64,000 nt of DNA. Origin: Setoptus koraiensis (lineage: Eukaryota; Animalia; Arthropoda). Positions 12,288 through 25,418 of the stretch are shown piece by piece (within the stretch, counting starts at the first letter, position 1; every line of letters begins with the position of its first letter). The notes beneath the pieces are model-generated. The model made no database searches, had not been told where the DNA came from, and was given only the letters and a program-made list of their open reading frames with translations. The stretch is from positions 16,368,001 to 16,432,000 of the forward strand of contig CM106585.1 of the NCBI GenBank assembly GCA_048013815.1. The letters run 5' to 3'. A program made the position numbers and the translations under genes.

Positions 12288-15159
12288 CTCGGTATATTTG
12301 ATTTGTTGTTCGTATTGAAAAATGGTTGTTTATTTGTTGCCAGATATCGAATGTCGTGCTATGTGTGATCTGTGAAATATGTTAACCTTAAAGGGACCTT
12401 AAAGTATTCTATTTATATAGTGGTTATTTTCCTGGTTGTTGATTTAATGATGATTACATAAGTATCAAGTTGAAGTGTTTTCGCATGTAGTGCTGTTGAG
12501 ACTCTCAGACGTTGTGTAGTTGTTGCCGTTGTGAAATATTTACTACCAGTATATAGAATAGAATATATATATTTGGCTGTTTGTGATTTGAATCTGTTGT
12601 TGTTGTTGTCTACGTGCTCTGTTTGTGTTGTTGCAGTGAGTGCATGCTCGACGGTAGTGTGCATGTATTTTTCTTTTTTCCCTTTATCCTCCCCCTTGTT
12701 TCATATTGCTCCTTTTATCGCGAACAAGGTCCCATCGATAAGGAGCAAAAGAGACAAGAGAAGAGCGCAACAAAATGGGCTGTTCTGTTTATTTGTGCTG
12801 TTGTTGTTGTTGTTTACAACAATTTCTTGTTAGTCTGTCTGTCTGTTTGGGCCATTCGTTTGTCTTAATTTGCAGTATCTAGCATGGGTGCGTGCGTATG
12901 ACCGTGAGTGTGTGCTCACGTTCGTTGTTCTCGCGAGGGGTGAACGCGCGATGATTTATTTCGCTTTCGTTTTTGTGGTTTTCTCCATATCCCTATTCTA
13001 CACGTCTATCTATTTATACGTTTGTATATTTGTCTAAGTTCGTGCTCTCTCTTTCTCTAACAATAATGCCGATATCACTTGGTCAGGTTTCAGATCGCAC
13101 TACAATGGGCCCGTCCATGCTGCACACATTGCACGTAAGCATCAGATTGGATCGCAGGAGCCAAGTGGAGCTCATCGGAATTCGACACAGATGTAGTTAA
13201 TGGCGCAAGATATTGGGCAGTTTTCCCATTTCATCACCATGTCAAATTGAGGCTGCCCATCTCAACTGACCGCATTTCAGCGCTTTCTTGGTCTGTATGC
13301 GATTCGCTTGAGAACGAGAGTTGCCAACATATCGCCAGAGTTGCACCGGCGGAATCATTCGAGAACATTCTTCGAGGCACAATGGTAATTGAATACGCAC
13401 ATCACATCACATCAGCAATCTGTGCCAATGGGATCGATCTAGTTTGATTTGATTTGATTTGTTGTGATTGATTATGATCGAACGTTGTATGTACCATTTG
13501 TAGCTGACGTTTGTAATTTCTCTTTTCTAATTTAACACACACCAGACAATGTCATAGAGATGCAACAACAATTACATATCAGACTACGTTATAATTGATA
13601 TTACTACTTGATGGGTGCTATTGATATCACCAATGGCATCTAATCTTTGATACATTTTTGTAGTCAACAGCACTGGGGATCACACACACAGAAACCTTAT
13701 CAACACAACAAATGCATCATACGAATAGCACATCAACAACTTATTGAATAGACACATCTATTGATGGCATCGTCTAAACGGCTGGACGGTATTCAGACAG
13801 AGGTGCACAGGTCGACAAATTTAGAGAAACTTCTCCACTTGATACACAAATCTTGCTCGTTAATAGAAAATAATGGCCTAAGCTCGATAAAAGGCCTCCT
13901 AGCCAATCGCTCTCCGGGGAGAGTTGTAAGTTAGACACGGATGAATCAATAATAATGATCTATCACTTATATGATATATATACATATATATATATATACA
14001 TATATGTGTGATGCAATTTCAGTGAAACTGTTCTCATGTGATTGTCTCGATAAGTTATATCATGTTGAATATTACCGAGCCATTGGTGCGCCATCACACA
14101 AAGTTGTAACATCATACCGATTCGACAAAGGAAGCAACAACAATAGTGACGACTTTTGACAGAGTTCTCGTTAGTTATGTGCTAGTCAAACTATATCGGA
14201 TTTGCGCCAAACATATATAAACTAAACAAGTTCGCAAAAATTCAACAATGTTGAAATAGTTGTTGTTGTTATATTGACGTGACTGCCGCACAGTCATTTT
14301 AGTATCCATCGAGCTAACTGCAATATCAGTGTATAGAAGCTGTAATATAACTGCAACAACAACAACCATTGGTATTGCAACAAAAGGTGGTGACGACCTT
14401 TAGCTTATTGTATGTGCGTTCTTCATGATCGAATGTCCTTTATGTGTACTATTTGTTAGTGTCTTTAACAGTGGCTCTACTATATCGGTAGAGCTGATAC
14501 CTGTATTGCAAATAGTGATTCTTTTTAACTCTTATAAATTTTGTTGCGCATCCATTAACATGCCTCATTATACCTGTCGCCTGTCGTGTTTTGCTGTTGC
14601 TGCAAATGGCGATGTGGTTTTTTCTCTATGAAGCCTTCCAGACCGCAATCCGAACTGCCTAATACAGCTATAACGGCGACACCGTAATTGAACATTATTG
14701 GCTACATCACTACAGAGGGAAAGAGGATGGTCTTGCTGTGAGATTCCCTTTCTCATTACAGACGAATCGTTAGTGAGTTGTTTGTTTTGGTTGTTAGCAT
14801 ATAACTAGCAGTGTGTGTCTTAATTTTAAAGAAAGATCATGCATTATTAATATACGACTCTATTTGCTTAATGCGTTCATCATCACCATAATCATCATGT
14901 AACTTCCATTTGATATATCCACACTCATAGTATGGTGCGTAGTGTCCATGCGTCTATTACTTGTGCGCACTTGTCGCTCATTGTTTGTAGAGATGGTGCA
15001 TTTGGGACTAGCTGCTAGTTAGCCGGCCATGGAAACTGGTGCCACCTCGCTTAAAATCAATGATGATACTGTAATGTTGATGATGATTCTCATCTGCGAC
15101 CCTCTTCATAAACGCACAAGCTGTGTGACACAATGGCGCTTGAATTACGCAAATACGCG

Positions 15160-15183
15160 TCTCTCTCTCTCTCTCTCTCTCTC
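15160..15183. repeat. (TC)12 microsatellite
   Basis: Direct read. Confidence 0.9.
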
Positions 15184-15496
15184 GGATTGACTCCCATAAG
15201 CGCTCTCTCAGGTAGCGGGCGGAGATAACAGGTAAAAGAACGGACGGGTGTGTGTGCTTCTCTACAAAGAAACTCAAATACCAAAGCCTTTAGGCGATGC
15301 TACCGATGCGGCTGCCTCCCCAATCCAGCCGACACCATCCAGACTCTCGCTCTCCTTCTCTGACTGTCTCTCAATCACCTGTGAATCATCGACCTGTAAC
15401 TCAGACGAGCGCACAGGTGAAAAAAAACAAACTCTAGCTTGTCACAGTTAACTCTTTTCGTTAGTTCCCTCTACAACTAATGGTTGATGCAAACCT

Positions 15497-15510
15497 CCGC
15501 TAGAGGGCGC
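15497..15510 (+). promoter_or_regulatory. CTCF-like insulator motif CCGCTAGAGGGCGC
   Basis: Close match to the bilaterian CTCF core CCACYAGRKGGCGC in a non-coding GC-rich patch. Confidence 0.4.
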
Positions 15511-16299
15511 TATGGTGGGTGGGCAGATCTAGTCGTCCAATGGTGGCCAGTCGCGCGCACACGCTGTGCCGATGCACACCAAGCAACAGGTTATTATGCA
15601 GGGGCAAGCGTTGGTGCAATAGAATGCAGCATATAGGCCCAACCAATGGTATGTGTGTGCCCTGATGGTGTGCACGAACTCTGAAACGAACTGTGCTTGC
15701 CTAGCAACCACTGTTCGTTCTAAAGAATGCACTGTGAAAGGCGTTATAGGATAAACTGTTTGAATTGGTCAACTTGATCTGCCCACCTCTGCCTACATGT
15801 ATTTGTATGGACAAATATATACAAGCAGGCTAGCGAACATACAAACTGTGTGTGTAGGGTACAGTTCAAGCGTACTGTTACACACACTTATAGCGAGTCA
15901 GCTACACCATTGGATTGTTGTACCTGTTACGGCTGCATATTGTCAGAGATTTGTGATTTCATGTGCTCATTGAACGCGCTCGAACGAAGGCACAGAAGGT
16001 AAAAAGACTGCTGGTGAGCCGCGTCAATGCCACTAGACAGTCCCACCGACAAGCGCTCTGTGCTAAGCGCAATTGTTCACTCAGACACATTCTGTGCCTA
16101 TCGCCATTTCAACGTTTCTATAACAAAAACATTCACAGCGATCTTTCCTCTATACTACACTAGACAGGTCTTTACGGTACATTCGATTCATGTATACAAT
16201 TCGAGAAGAGAATATACAGTTATAATCAACAATATGGATGTGGACAACTTGTAAGACTTTGCTAACTATACATTAATATTTTATTTTTACATATATCAT

Positions 16300-16460
16300 T
16301 AATATCACTTTTACCATTCTTATTATTATTATCACTATTATATGTTGTTGACCAATATTATTATTATTAGTACCACTAACACCATTAATATCAATTCTAT
16401 TACTATTATTACCATCATTATCACTATCACTATTATTACTATTACCATTATTACCAAAAT
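16300..16460. repeat. Degenerate (ATT/ACT/ACC)n trinucleotide low-complexity tract upstream of FAM43
   Basis: Direct read; produces a spurious N-rich ORF on the minus strand. Confidence 0.8.
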
Positions 16461-16502
16461 TGCAGCCATCCATCGTCCACATTGGTAGTAACATCAACTA
16501 AT

Positions 16503-17228
16503 ATGCTTAGTAATATGGCCTCCATATACCATTTTTCCTTCCTCAAAACTGTTGCTCGTAGATTAAAATTTTGGAATAAAGAAAGCTTTCAAATTAACCA
16601 ATACGATCCTAGCTTTAAAGTTATTTATCTTGGCAATTTAGGAATACAACTCTGGTCAAAAGAAGAAAGTTGTGTCGAGAAACCCCTGAGTACATTATGG
16701 AACAATTATTTGGTTAATATTAAAACAGAAATAATAATGCGTTTAACCATTTGTAATTCTGGATTGAAGGCAGTTACTCGCCAGCACGGTCTCACACAAT
16801 ATTGGTCTAATAGACTAATATACTGTTGTTCTAATAGAAACTATCCCAAAATATTCTGCTGGATATATAAGCACGAAGGAAAAAAAATGAGGCAGGAGCT
16901 AAGATGCCACGCCGTATTATGTCCATCTCCTGACAATGCTAGTAAAATGGTATCACTGCTAAACGAGAGGTTATCTTGTGCCCTCCAAGAATTTAGGCGT
17001 GAAAAAAAATCACGTCAAAATTCTCGTTTAAGCATATCAAACACGACATCCAGGCAAGAGATATCAATGAACATGCCAATTAGAAAACAGATTCTTACAA
17101 AGGGAGCAGCGAACTTTAGGCTACCTTTAGAAAGGTCTAAAAGTGCACCTAAACTCACATCCATAGTTGAAGAGGAAATTGATCTCGAAAAAGAGTACGA
17201 AGAGAATAGTAAAGACAATATCATATGA
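16503..17228 (+). CDS. FAM43A: FAM43A-like PTB/PID-domain protein, intronless
   Basis: FKVIYLGN, FCWIYKHEGKKMRQELRCHAVLC, ALQEFRREK and RSKSAPKLTSIVEE match FAM43. First ATG 16503 (alternative 16515). Confidence 0.85.
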   Translation: MLSNMASIYHFSFLKTVARRLKFWNKESFQINQYDPSFKVIYLGNLGIQLWSKEESCVEKPLSTLWNNYLVNIKTEIIMRLTICNSGLKAVTRQHGLTQYWSNRLIYCCSNRNYPKIFCWIYKHEGKKMRQELRCHAVLCPSPDNASKMVSLLNERLSCALQEFRREKKSRQNSRLSISNTTSRQEISMNMPIRKQILTKGAANFRLPLERSKSAPKLTSIVEEEIDLEKEYEENSKDNII

Positions 17229-17287
17229 TAAATGCAATATATAGTTGTATATATTTTTAATTAATAATTCTATGATTCCATTTGCAC

Positions 17288-20200
17288 CTAATCTGTGGTA
17301 GTTTCAGTTTCTGAAGATTGTTGTTGCTGTTGCTGCTGTTGTTGATGGTGGTTGACGCGATTCATATTGGACAAGTGGTACTCTGCTGAGTCTTGGATCT
17401 GCTGTTTAGCTGCCTTGACTTTATCTGCTCTGCCGTAAAGAGTAACATGATCTGGATCTTCATCATCCTGCCTAGCAAATTTGACCTCGATGTCAAATTC
17501 CTGCATAATCTTCTTGACTGCCCTACCTCCGCTACCTATTAGCATTGGATGGACTCGACTTGGTATATCAATTCGTTCCTCGACGCGTTCCTCAACTTCT
17601 TTGATGATTTTGTTTAACTGCTGAGATGCCGTGTTAACTGCTTTCTCATAACCTCTAAGAGTAACTACCGTTTGTGATCCTTGACGTCGTACGTAAACGG
17701 TTACACCATGCGTATCTTTCAGCCTAGACACGCGTAGACGGTCAGGAGAGGTGAATTTTTTGTAGATATTAGGCTCGATTGGAACAGTGGCTTGGAAGTT
17801 TCTATCCAATCTCTCCTGACAGTCGGCGATGATAGCCTCTAATTTCTTTTCAGCCTTCTTTAGGATATGTTTGGGCCCGCGTAGTTTGACCGTATCATTC
17901 TTGTTGCTATTGGCTGACTCGCTTGCCCCATTCATCTTGCCATTAGCGATTGGCTTTTTGGCGTCATCGCCTCCTCCTTCGCCATTCTGGTGCTGATTGT
18001 TTACTGTAGTGTGAGCAGCAGGAAATATCAGAGAAATCTTGTTCTGGAAGTCATCTAGTAGTTGTCTACATGGCTTTGATTTGGGACCAATGTGACTACG
18101 TAGCTTGTGCGGTATGGTCAACTCAACTTCAGTTATAGTGGTTAGTTCATCGAACAATTTTTGAAGCTTCACTTTAGCTAATTCAGCATCTTCTTTTTTA
18201 CCAGTAATTATTGCATAATTCTCTGTATTGCTTTTACTTTGCTTGGTGTTGTTTTGATTTTGCGTCGCTTTCTTACCCCCCTTCTTATCATTGTTAGCAT
18301 TATCCGAGTTATTGTTGTTACTATTAGCAGTTTCAGGGGTTGATGCTTCATTAACATTGGTGATAATATCTACTTTGACACGTTCATCGATTTTGATACG
18401 TCTTATTGCTTGGTTGGCGTCATTTATATACTTGACCGCCTCATTCTTTATAGGCACTTGAATTTGATGATTGTTTTCTTGCAATTGCTTGTGGAACTCT
18501 AATAAATATTCATAGCAGCTGTCAACATCCTCAGATGGACCCAAAATTGTAACTTCATTGCATTTCACCCCAGGTTCTGGAAACGTGATTGTGATTTGGT
18601 TAAATTTGTCTCTAATCTCCTTGATTTTTTCTCCTTTTCTGCCAATTATGAGGCCATGCAATTGTTGATCGATAACTAACTTTTTGCTCGACTCAAACTT
18701 CTTAGCTATAATATTTATCTTTTCCTCAGCAATCGCTACAGCTTCCGCTGTACCTTCTATTGTAATAAATTCACTCGAACCCTCATCATTCTCAGGCACT
18801 GTTATGAAAGCACCACTTTCATTACGAATTTGCTTGACAGTAGCCCCCGCTCGACCAATAATGAAACCATGTAACCTTGGCTCGATTTTGACATCCTTGC
18901 GAATAATTCTCTTTGTTATGTCATTTAGTTCTGCCTCGAGCAGGTCTTTAACACTCTCCACGTCAGCTGGTGGACCATGTATTTTGATTTTGTCCTCCAG
19001 ACTCTTCACTTCGACACCTCGGCTCTTGAAGTCAAGCGCATTGGATCTTTTGTTTCCTATGAGGTACTTGTGCAACCAATTGTCCACTTCAAAGAAATCA
19101 TCAGTCTCTGAATGCGCTTGTGAGTACAGTTCCATCAATGCTGGCCCAAGCTTAGAGTGTTCACCTCTAAGTGTGATAGTTTCACTTTCGCTCTCAGGCG
19201 GTGGCATTTCAATGGAGACACCCGTTTTCGCAAATAAATTATGTAAGTTCTGTGCCTTAGGGCCAACAATATACTTATGTTGAGCTTTTTTAACCTCAAT
19301 GTTTACAGTAGAGCACTTTTTCTTCTTGTCTTCGTAAATTTGTTGAATTTCATTCCGTACTGCGGTGACAGCCTCAGCCTCGCCAACCAAAGTGAAAGTA
19401 GCATCACCACTATGGAGGTTGGTCAAATCTTTCTCGGAACTTGGACCAAATCCATATGATGAGTAATTGACCTTGACTCCCGTAGATTCCCAACGTTTTA
19501 TGTTTTCATGGAAAGGACCTGTAACAAATAATAGATAGATTCTTTCGACAGATATCTTCTCTGTTGTTTTTGACTCTCGAACCAGCTTTTGTATATGCTG
19601 GACCGCTTCCTCAGCATTATGCTTCAGACCGACTACTTTGATTATATCTGACTCCTCGTTTAGGCGCGGTATGGCGATCTTTGTTTGAGTCTCATCTTGA
19701 ATCCCTTGTAAGCGAGCACCTTTGGGCCCTAAGAGTCGACCGTGGACTGATTTGGGTACTGACACAGTTAGAGTGACGGAAGTTTGAAAATCGTTTAATA
19801 TCAAATTTTTCGCTTGCTGAAGTGCTTGCCCTTTACCATAAATACAGAAATTCAGTCCACCATCTTTGGAAGCCGACACTTCTATCTTGGTTGAAGTCTT
19901 AACCATAATCTCTTTTAGTATTTTACTTTGTTCCGCCTCGAAGTCGCGATACCTACGCTCCTCCGGCGCAACTTTGAAAGTGATAGATCTTTCACTACTC
20001 GTAATTGGATGGGGCATTCCTTGCCGTTTCTGAGTGGATGGATTCACTTGCATATTAGTTTGCTTATTTAGTTGCTGATATTGTTGTTTTACCGGAGCTG
20101 AGATGGGACCAAGATTAATTCCCAACTGCTGATGCTGATCCGGTTGTTGTTGGAGATGCTGATGCTGATCTTGTTGTTGATGCTGTTGATACAATAACTG

Positions 20201-20644
20201 CATGTGTCCGTCAGCTATAGACATATAATCGAGATAGTTTTTATTATCTCCTAAATCAGCTATATTTGCGGGATAAAATATTTGATTATTGTTAGACTCT
20301 TTTTGATTCTGCTGCTGCGGTTGGTGTTGTTGCTGTTGCTGCTCTAATTGTTGCTGTTGCTCTAAGTGTCGCTGATGTTGCTGCTCTAACTGTTGCTGCC
20401 TCTGCTGTCGAGATGAAGTAGTAGAGTCGCTGCTATTGTGCAAGTGATTCAGAGTTGTCTGTTGTGCCTCCGAGGTATTATTGGAATTAGTTCTGCTGTT
20501 ATTATCGTTATGCTGTCTAATATTATGTGCTGGTGCTGCTGACCAATTGCCAATAAGGTTGATGGTGTTGCTCAAATTGTTTGCAATGACAGGTCCGTCT
20601 AGAGGTGGAAAAATCTCGTCATAGCTTGGCGGAGCATCTGTCAT
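17288..20644 (-). CDS. HDLBP: Vigilin (multi-KH RNA-binding protein), intronless, 1118 aa
   Basis: N-terminal YDEIFPPL motif and many KH GXXG loops (HGRLLGPKG, HKYIVGPK, HGFIIGRAG, HGLIIGRKG, HPMLIGSGG). Confidence 0.93.
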   Translation of the reverse strand: MTDAPPSYDEIFPPLDGPVIANNLSNTINLIGNWSAAPAHNIRQHNDNNSRTNSNNTSEAQQTTLNHLHNSSDSTTSSRQQRQQQLEQQHQRHLEQQQQLEQQQQQHQPQQQNQKESNNNQIFYPANIADLGDNKNYLDYMSIADGHMQLLYQQHQQQDQHQHLQQQPDQHQQLGINLGPISAPVKQQYQQLNKQTNMQVNPSTQKRQGMPHPITSSERSITFKVAPEERRYRDFEAEQSKILKEIMVKTSTKIEVSASKDGGLNFCIYGKGQALQQAKNLILNDFQTSVTLTVSVPKSVHGRLLGPKGARLQGIQDETQTKIAIPRLNEESDIIKVVGLKHNAEEAVQHIQKLVRESKTTEKISVERIYLLFVTGPFHENIKRWESTGVKVNYSSYGFGPSSEKDLTNLHSGDATFTLVGEAEAVTAVRNEIQQIYEDKKKKCSTVNIEVKKAQHKYIVGPKAQNLHNLFAKTGVSIEMPPPESESETITLRGEHSKLGPALMELYSQAHSETDDFFEVDNWLHKYLIGNKRSNALDFKSRGVEVKSLEDKIKIHGPPADVESVKDLLEAELNDITKRIIRKDVKIEPRLHGFIIGRAGATVKQIRNESGAFITVPENDEGSSEFITIEGTAEAVAIAEEKINIIAKKFESSKKLVIDQQLHGLIIGRKGEKIKEIRDKFNQITITFPEPGVKCNEVTILGPSEDVDSCYEYLLEFHKQLQENNHQIQVPIKNEAVKYINDANQAIRRIKIDERVKVDIITNVNEASTPETANSNNNNSDNANNDKKGGKKATQNQNNTKQSKSNTENYAIITGKKEDAELAKVKLQKLFDELTTITEVELTIPHKLRSHIGPKSKPCRQLLDDFQNKISLIFPAAHTTVNNQHQNGEGGGDDAKKPIANGKMNGASESANSNKNDTVKLRGPKHILKKAEKKLEAIIADCQERLDRNFQATVPIEPNIYKKFTSPDRLRVSRLKDTHGVTVYVRRQGSQTVVTLRGYEKAVNTASQQLNKIIKEVEERVEERIDIPSRVHPMLIGSGGRAVKKIMQEFDIEVKFARQDDEDPDHVTLYGRADKVKAAKQQIQDSAEYHLSNMNRVNHHQQQQQQQQQSSETETTTD

Positions 20645-20889
20645 CTTGATGAATTGACAACAGAATATTCAAAAACTGTGTGTTTATTAGCTACGTTGGC
20701 GAACTTTTTTGTTTTTCTTCCTACGCCTTGACTGTCCAATATCCTCTCAAGATAGAAAGAGTAGGCTATGGCTCCGGCGGTATAAGAGTGTGAGTTTTTT
20801 TATCTCCTCCTCCTTTCTCAAGTAATCTGTTACTCAAAAGCACATTCAATATTTGTCTTTAGTACCATTCGATTATCATTCAATATAAG

Positions 20890-21020
20890 TATATATATTT
20901 CTCTGTATGTATGTATGTATAAATCAATAAGTCTGTACGCAAATATATATGTATCTATATATATAAATATATATTAATAAATATATATATTATATGTACA
21001 AATATATATAGATGTGTACT
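20890..21020. repeat. Degenerate (TA)n/(TATG)n tract
   Basis: Direct read. Confidence 0.8.
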
Positions 21021-21453
21021 AAGTTACTAAATATGTGTAAGTGTACAATAAAGATACTTTTATAAAATCTCACTTTTGATATCTCTCTATATAATATAGT
21101 AATAGGCTCATTGATAATATACAGATCAACTGGCTTGAATAACAAACACACACTTCTGCTGCTTAATAACAGAAATATTATTGATATTATGGTGGTGGTG
21201 GCTGATGATGATGATGATAATAGTGGTGATAACGATATTGATAATAGTAATAATAATAATAGTAATGGCTGGTGAATGTTAATATTGACAGTGATATACT
21301 ATGTTACAATATTTTAAGGCATTAGGATATGACTATTTCCTATAAATCTATTCAAATCGTTTTTAATCCTAATATAGTGGCCGGGCCTGTAGGATCTGGA
21401 TTTGATAATGAGACAGATATGCAGTAGCAATAAAGTGTTGTAAGTTTGTGTTT

Positions 21454-21509
21454 GTGTGTGTGTGTGTGTGTGTGTGAGTGTGCAAGTGTGCAAGTGTGCA
21501 AGTGTGCAA
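21454..21509. repeat. (GT)n followed by (GTGTGCAA)4
   Basis: Direct read. Confidence 0.85.
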
Positions 21510-24500
21510 GTGTGTGTCTGTCTGCCTCTCTATATGTTTATCTAAGTGTGTCGGTCTGTGTGTTCATGTGTGTAAGAGTTTGTGTACGAATAATTCGTCA
21601 ACGTTGCCGTAATGTGTATAAGCGCTCGCTTGCGGTTGTCGTCGTGGTCTATCCGTGGAGCAGTGACACCATCATCAACAATATATATTATATATATATA
21701 TTATATAGATATAAATATATATACACTGAATGTGAATGCACACACAACGGTTAGAATCGAGAATTAATTAGAATCGGGAATGATATTGTGTGTCGTTAAT
21801 TTTGACTGACATATAGAGAGAACAACAGAAAAACCAACTTTTGAGGCTGCTCTTGTGCTTTTGTAAGAGAATACTATCCGGCCTGAACTATTATTGAATC
21901 TGAAAAGAATCATATAGCAGCCATTTATATATGTAATTAATTAAATGTCGCAGTGAGCAAGTGTGAGTGTGTGTCTGAGTTTGTTAGACAAGAATAATTA
22001 TTAATAATAAAAAATGGACATGACGTGCTTCGAGTGTCATAGAATATGAATCTGCGATTGTGTCGGTTTGAAAGTTGGCTTGTGTATTAAATTAATAGTG
22101 TGGACGGTTGCACCTTACGTCTGTCGTCCGTCAATATACGCCTTTTTGTATATAAAATATACATGTATATGTTTCGTTAGATGATTTGCTATGAAATAAA
22201 TTCGTTGATACTTCAGTGAAGTAACTTCACTGTGTGATTGCTTTCCGATGTCCGAAACATGCATGCGAAAAAACCCAGTAGGTGCGCTCGAGGTGCTTTA
22301 GAATATGCACAACTAAGGCTGAAGTGTTTTGTTTAATGTGTCTTCCATTTCATTAACAAGTATTGCAGCCGGTATTGAGTGATTGCGCTTCCTTACGCAA
22401 TGGCTTCATATAGCTTGTTGCTGGCTTCACTGGCCTGCAGACATTTATTGCATCGGCATCGTATTGCACTTGGCTCACGTTGCACTGATGAAAGCATAGC
22501 AGCGCCGCCCTCGTGGAATCTTTTCGCATTGATGTTTTGGGCAGTGCGAAAAGCTATGACACAGCACAAGTGGATTGGCATATAGAAACGTCTAATATAG
22601 AAGACACAAAGGATACTGTTGCTTACATCTCTGCTTTGAACTCTCTTATATTCTCATCCTGTACGTATATGATCTACAGACTGAACATTACATACAGTAC
22701 ATACAGTAGATCAACTGGTTACCGGCTACCGCCGGCCGACAACTTTTATATTCGTTCGAACTTGGAATTCACAACAGACAGAGGTGCATCGCTGCGTTGC
22801 ATGTCTACTGTATAGATAGTGATGGGCAGAGATAAAGAGATCTTGACTAAATATATATGATGTAGGTGATAGCATTGATTATGGCCAAGATGAAGAGCAT
22901 ATCCCGATAACTATACAAAGAAGATGACGAATATGTATCGCAGCAGTAGCCTTTACCTCGAACTGTACTCATGATCGAGTGCCTTCACTCATAAACAGAT
23001 GATCACTGGTGTTTGTGAGCTTTTGTTCCAGGTGAGTATTTGTGCCTGTTTTATACATTGCATTTGATTGCATTGCATTGCAATGATTGCATTGTATTGT
23101 GTATGTTTATAGAAATCACAACGCAAAATTTGCACTGTAAATTAAGAGTCTTAAATTAAGGCTCTTACACAACCCTCTACTTGTTAGACGACCGGCGAGT
23201 TCAGGACTTGAACTTCATGTAAGCTTGATTCTTTATTGCAAGATTGCATTGGACAGTATGATGCAGCGTGTGTAAAACTGCACCGAATTGTCTTGTGCAT
23301 CGAACACACACAAACACGAATAGTTTGAATATCACACTGCAGGGGTCGCTCTGCTTGCCGGCCGGTCATGCACAGGTGCCATCTATGTGGGAGTCGATCA
23401 GTATAGATTCGATCGGTGGCGTAAATGGCCGTCTAATAAACGTCAAATAGACGGCTGTTTTTGTTGTTACTTCAGGTGCAATCGATGATAGTGATTTCAT
23501 CGCCGAGTGCCAGTCGCAACAGAGCTGCCTTGATTGACGCCAGCGGGCGCCCCTGATGCCCGACTGAGGCTTGGTCACTGCAAAACTGCTCGAGCCGAGC
23601 TAACAAGAGTATGCACTCGGGCTGGGTTTCTCTAGACTGGCCGGCGCCTCTTGCGGCCTTTCTTACAAGCAGCAGGAGCAGACGCATTGAGAGCAATGTG
23701 CACAGTGCTAACTTTACACTAACTAGTTCAAGCCATATCCACCATCAACCGGGCGCAGTAATGCCCCGGTTCGGTGCCAACGTCGTCATGCTCTTGGATC
23801 GTGAACACAAAACGAAATCGCTTGGCATTAAAACGATCAGCACCATCACTACAGCTTGCAACTTAACTGTCTAGCCAGCGAGAGCCGTCACCCTGTTGCC
23901 ACACAGCTGCTAAGTTTCAACTCAACGCTGCCATGATGTTACACTATCCCGAGAAGCGTTTCTAGCGGCCCCAGGCATAAGATTGCTAAGCTAACTCATG
24001 CATTGCGCTTGCGCTTCTTTAGTGCACTCGGTGTTGACGGCGAACGAAGATCGTCTGCATAGTCGGCCAGCAACAAGCTATTCAAAGAAGTTGATATTTA
24101 TACGCACAGAGTAGCGCACATGGGCACAGTTGAGTTTCATGCGAACATGTTCATTCCCCGGCAGCTCGCGAGTGGCCAGAGTCGGCAATCAACAACAAGC
24201 AAACATTCAACGAGACACTCTGGCTTCGCAATTCAAACTAGAGCACCGCAAGCGCTCCTAGTGGACCTTTTTCGCACCGCTGTCTCGGACATTGGCGAGA
24301 GCGATGCTCGGCGGCGTGAACGCGGCCAATGGCCATGGTGACTGTATTGCTAATGAGTGAGCTTGATCGGCTGTTTAGATACATGAGCGCATTACACAAA
24401 TGCATGGGCAGGCGCACACAACTGACAACCGTGAACACTAACCGAGCTGCTCGCACAGTTTGGCCAGTCTATCGGCATTCGTTTCCTTTTTTTTATTTAA

Positions 24501-24512
24501 TGAATTTTAAAC

Positions 24513-24515
<3 letters not shown>

Positions 24516-24567
<52 letters not shown>
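24516..24567. repeat. (AC)26 microsatellite
   Basis: Direct read. Confidence 0.95.
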
Positions 24568-24570
<3 letters not shown>

Positions 24571-24929
24571 CGTATGCTCACAAACTCGCCGACGATAGGC
24601 AAACGGTCTCAAAATCAATGTGAGCGACGGAAGCTGCTCGGCCTGTACAAAAGCACCTCCCTCGTTGGAGAGTCTCCAATGGAGACGGCGGCAGACGAAT
24701 TGTTGACTCATGTGAGCTTCAAAATTTGAATGTGCACACCCTACACACACACACCCTGTGCAATACCGCCGAGAGAGCAACTGACAATAGGAATTTTAAG
24801 TTTTATATCATCATCATGTAGCTCCGTATGATGCTAAGAATAGTGACTGTGGGCAATTGACGCAAATACAGCCGATGGGCACGGAATATTCATTTCGCCC
24901 AACGAGCTTGCGCAACATATAAATATATA

Positions 24930-25200
24930 GATCATATTGGCTGATCGGCGCAGCCGGAAGGTGGGCCAATCGTCGAATACATTCAATGTACATTGGCTAT
25001 GTCACATTGCGCACCGAACATCGAATTCGCGGGCAAACATTTTTGCCGGCGATTCGTAGGACGTGCAACGATTGTTGTAGTGCGTACAAAGTTCGCCGAG
25101 TGTGCGCACAATGGCGTGAGGGGGCCGGCGCCGCGTGCAACTGTGCGACCAACATGTGAGCGCGCCCCCCTGTCCTCGCAAAATATTTCATTGCAAACAC
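24930..25200. promoter_or_regulatory. GC/CpG-rich patch, possible vigilin promoter
   Basis: Locally GC/CpG-rich non-coding DNA just past the OAT stop and upstream of vigilin on the minus strand. Function is inferred only. Confidence 0.25.
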
Positions 25201-25418
25201 TGACACTGACACCGACACCATTTTTTACCAGATTTTCATTACTCAGGATCTCGTCCGAATGGAGAAATTTTTTAATTTTTAGCAAATTCTTTAGTTTTCT
25301 GCAAATTTTTCAATACAATGCAAGACTATATCCACGCGACCTGGACCAATCACATGAATGACAGTGCATAGCTCAAACATCGACAATTGTTTCCTCGACA
25401 ATCGTAGGCTCCCCGTCA

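Noticed and set aside
22200-24500. Many short ORFs in GC-richer DNA upstream of vigilin
   Set aside because: No motifs and no consistent exon chain; more likely UTR, intron or regulatory DNA.
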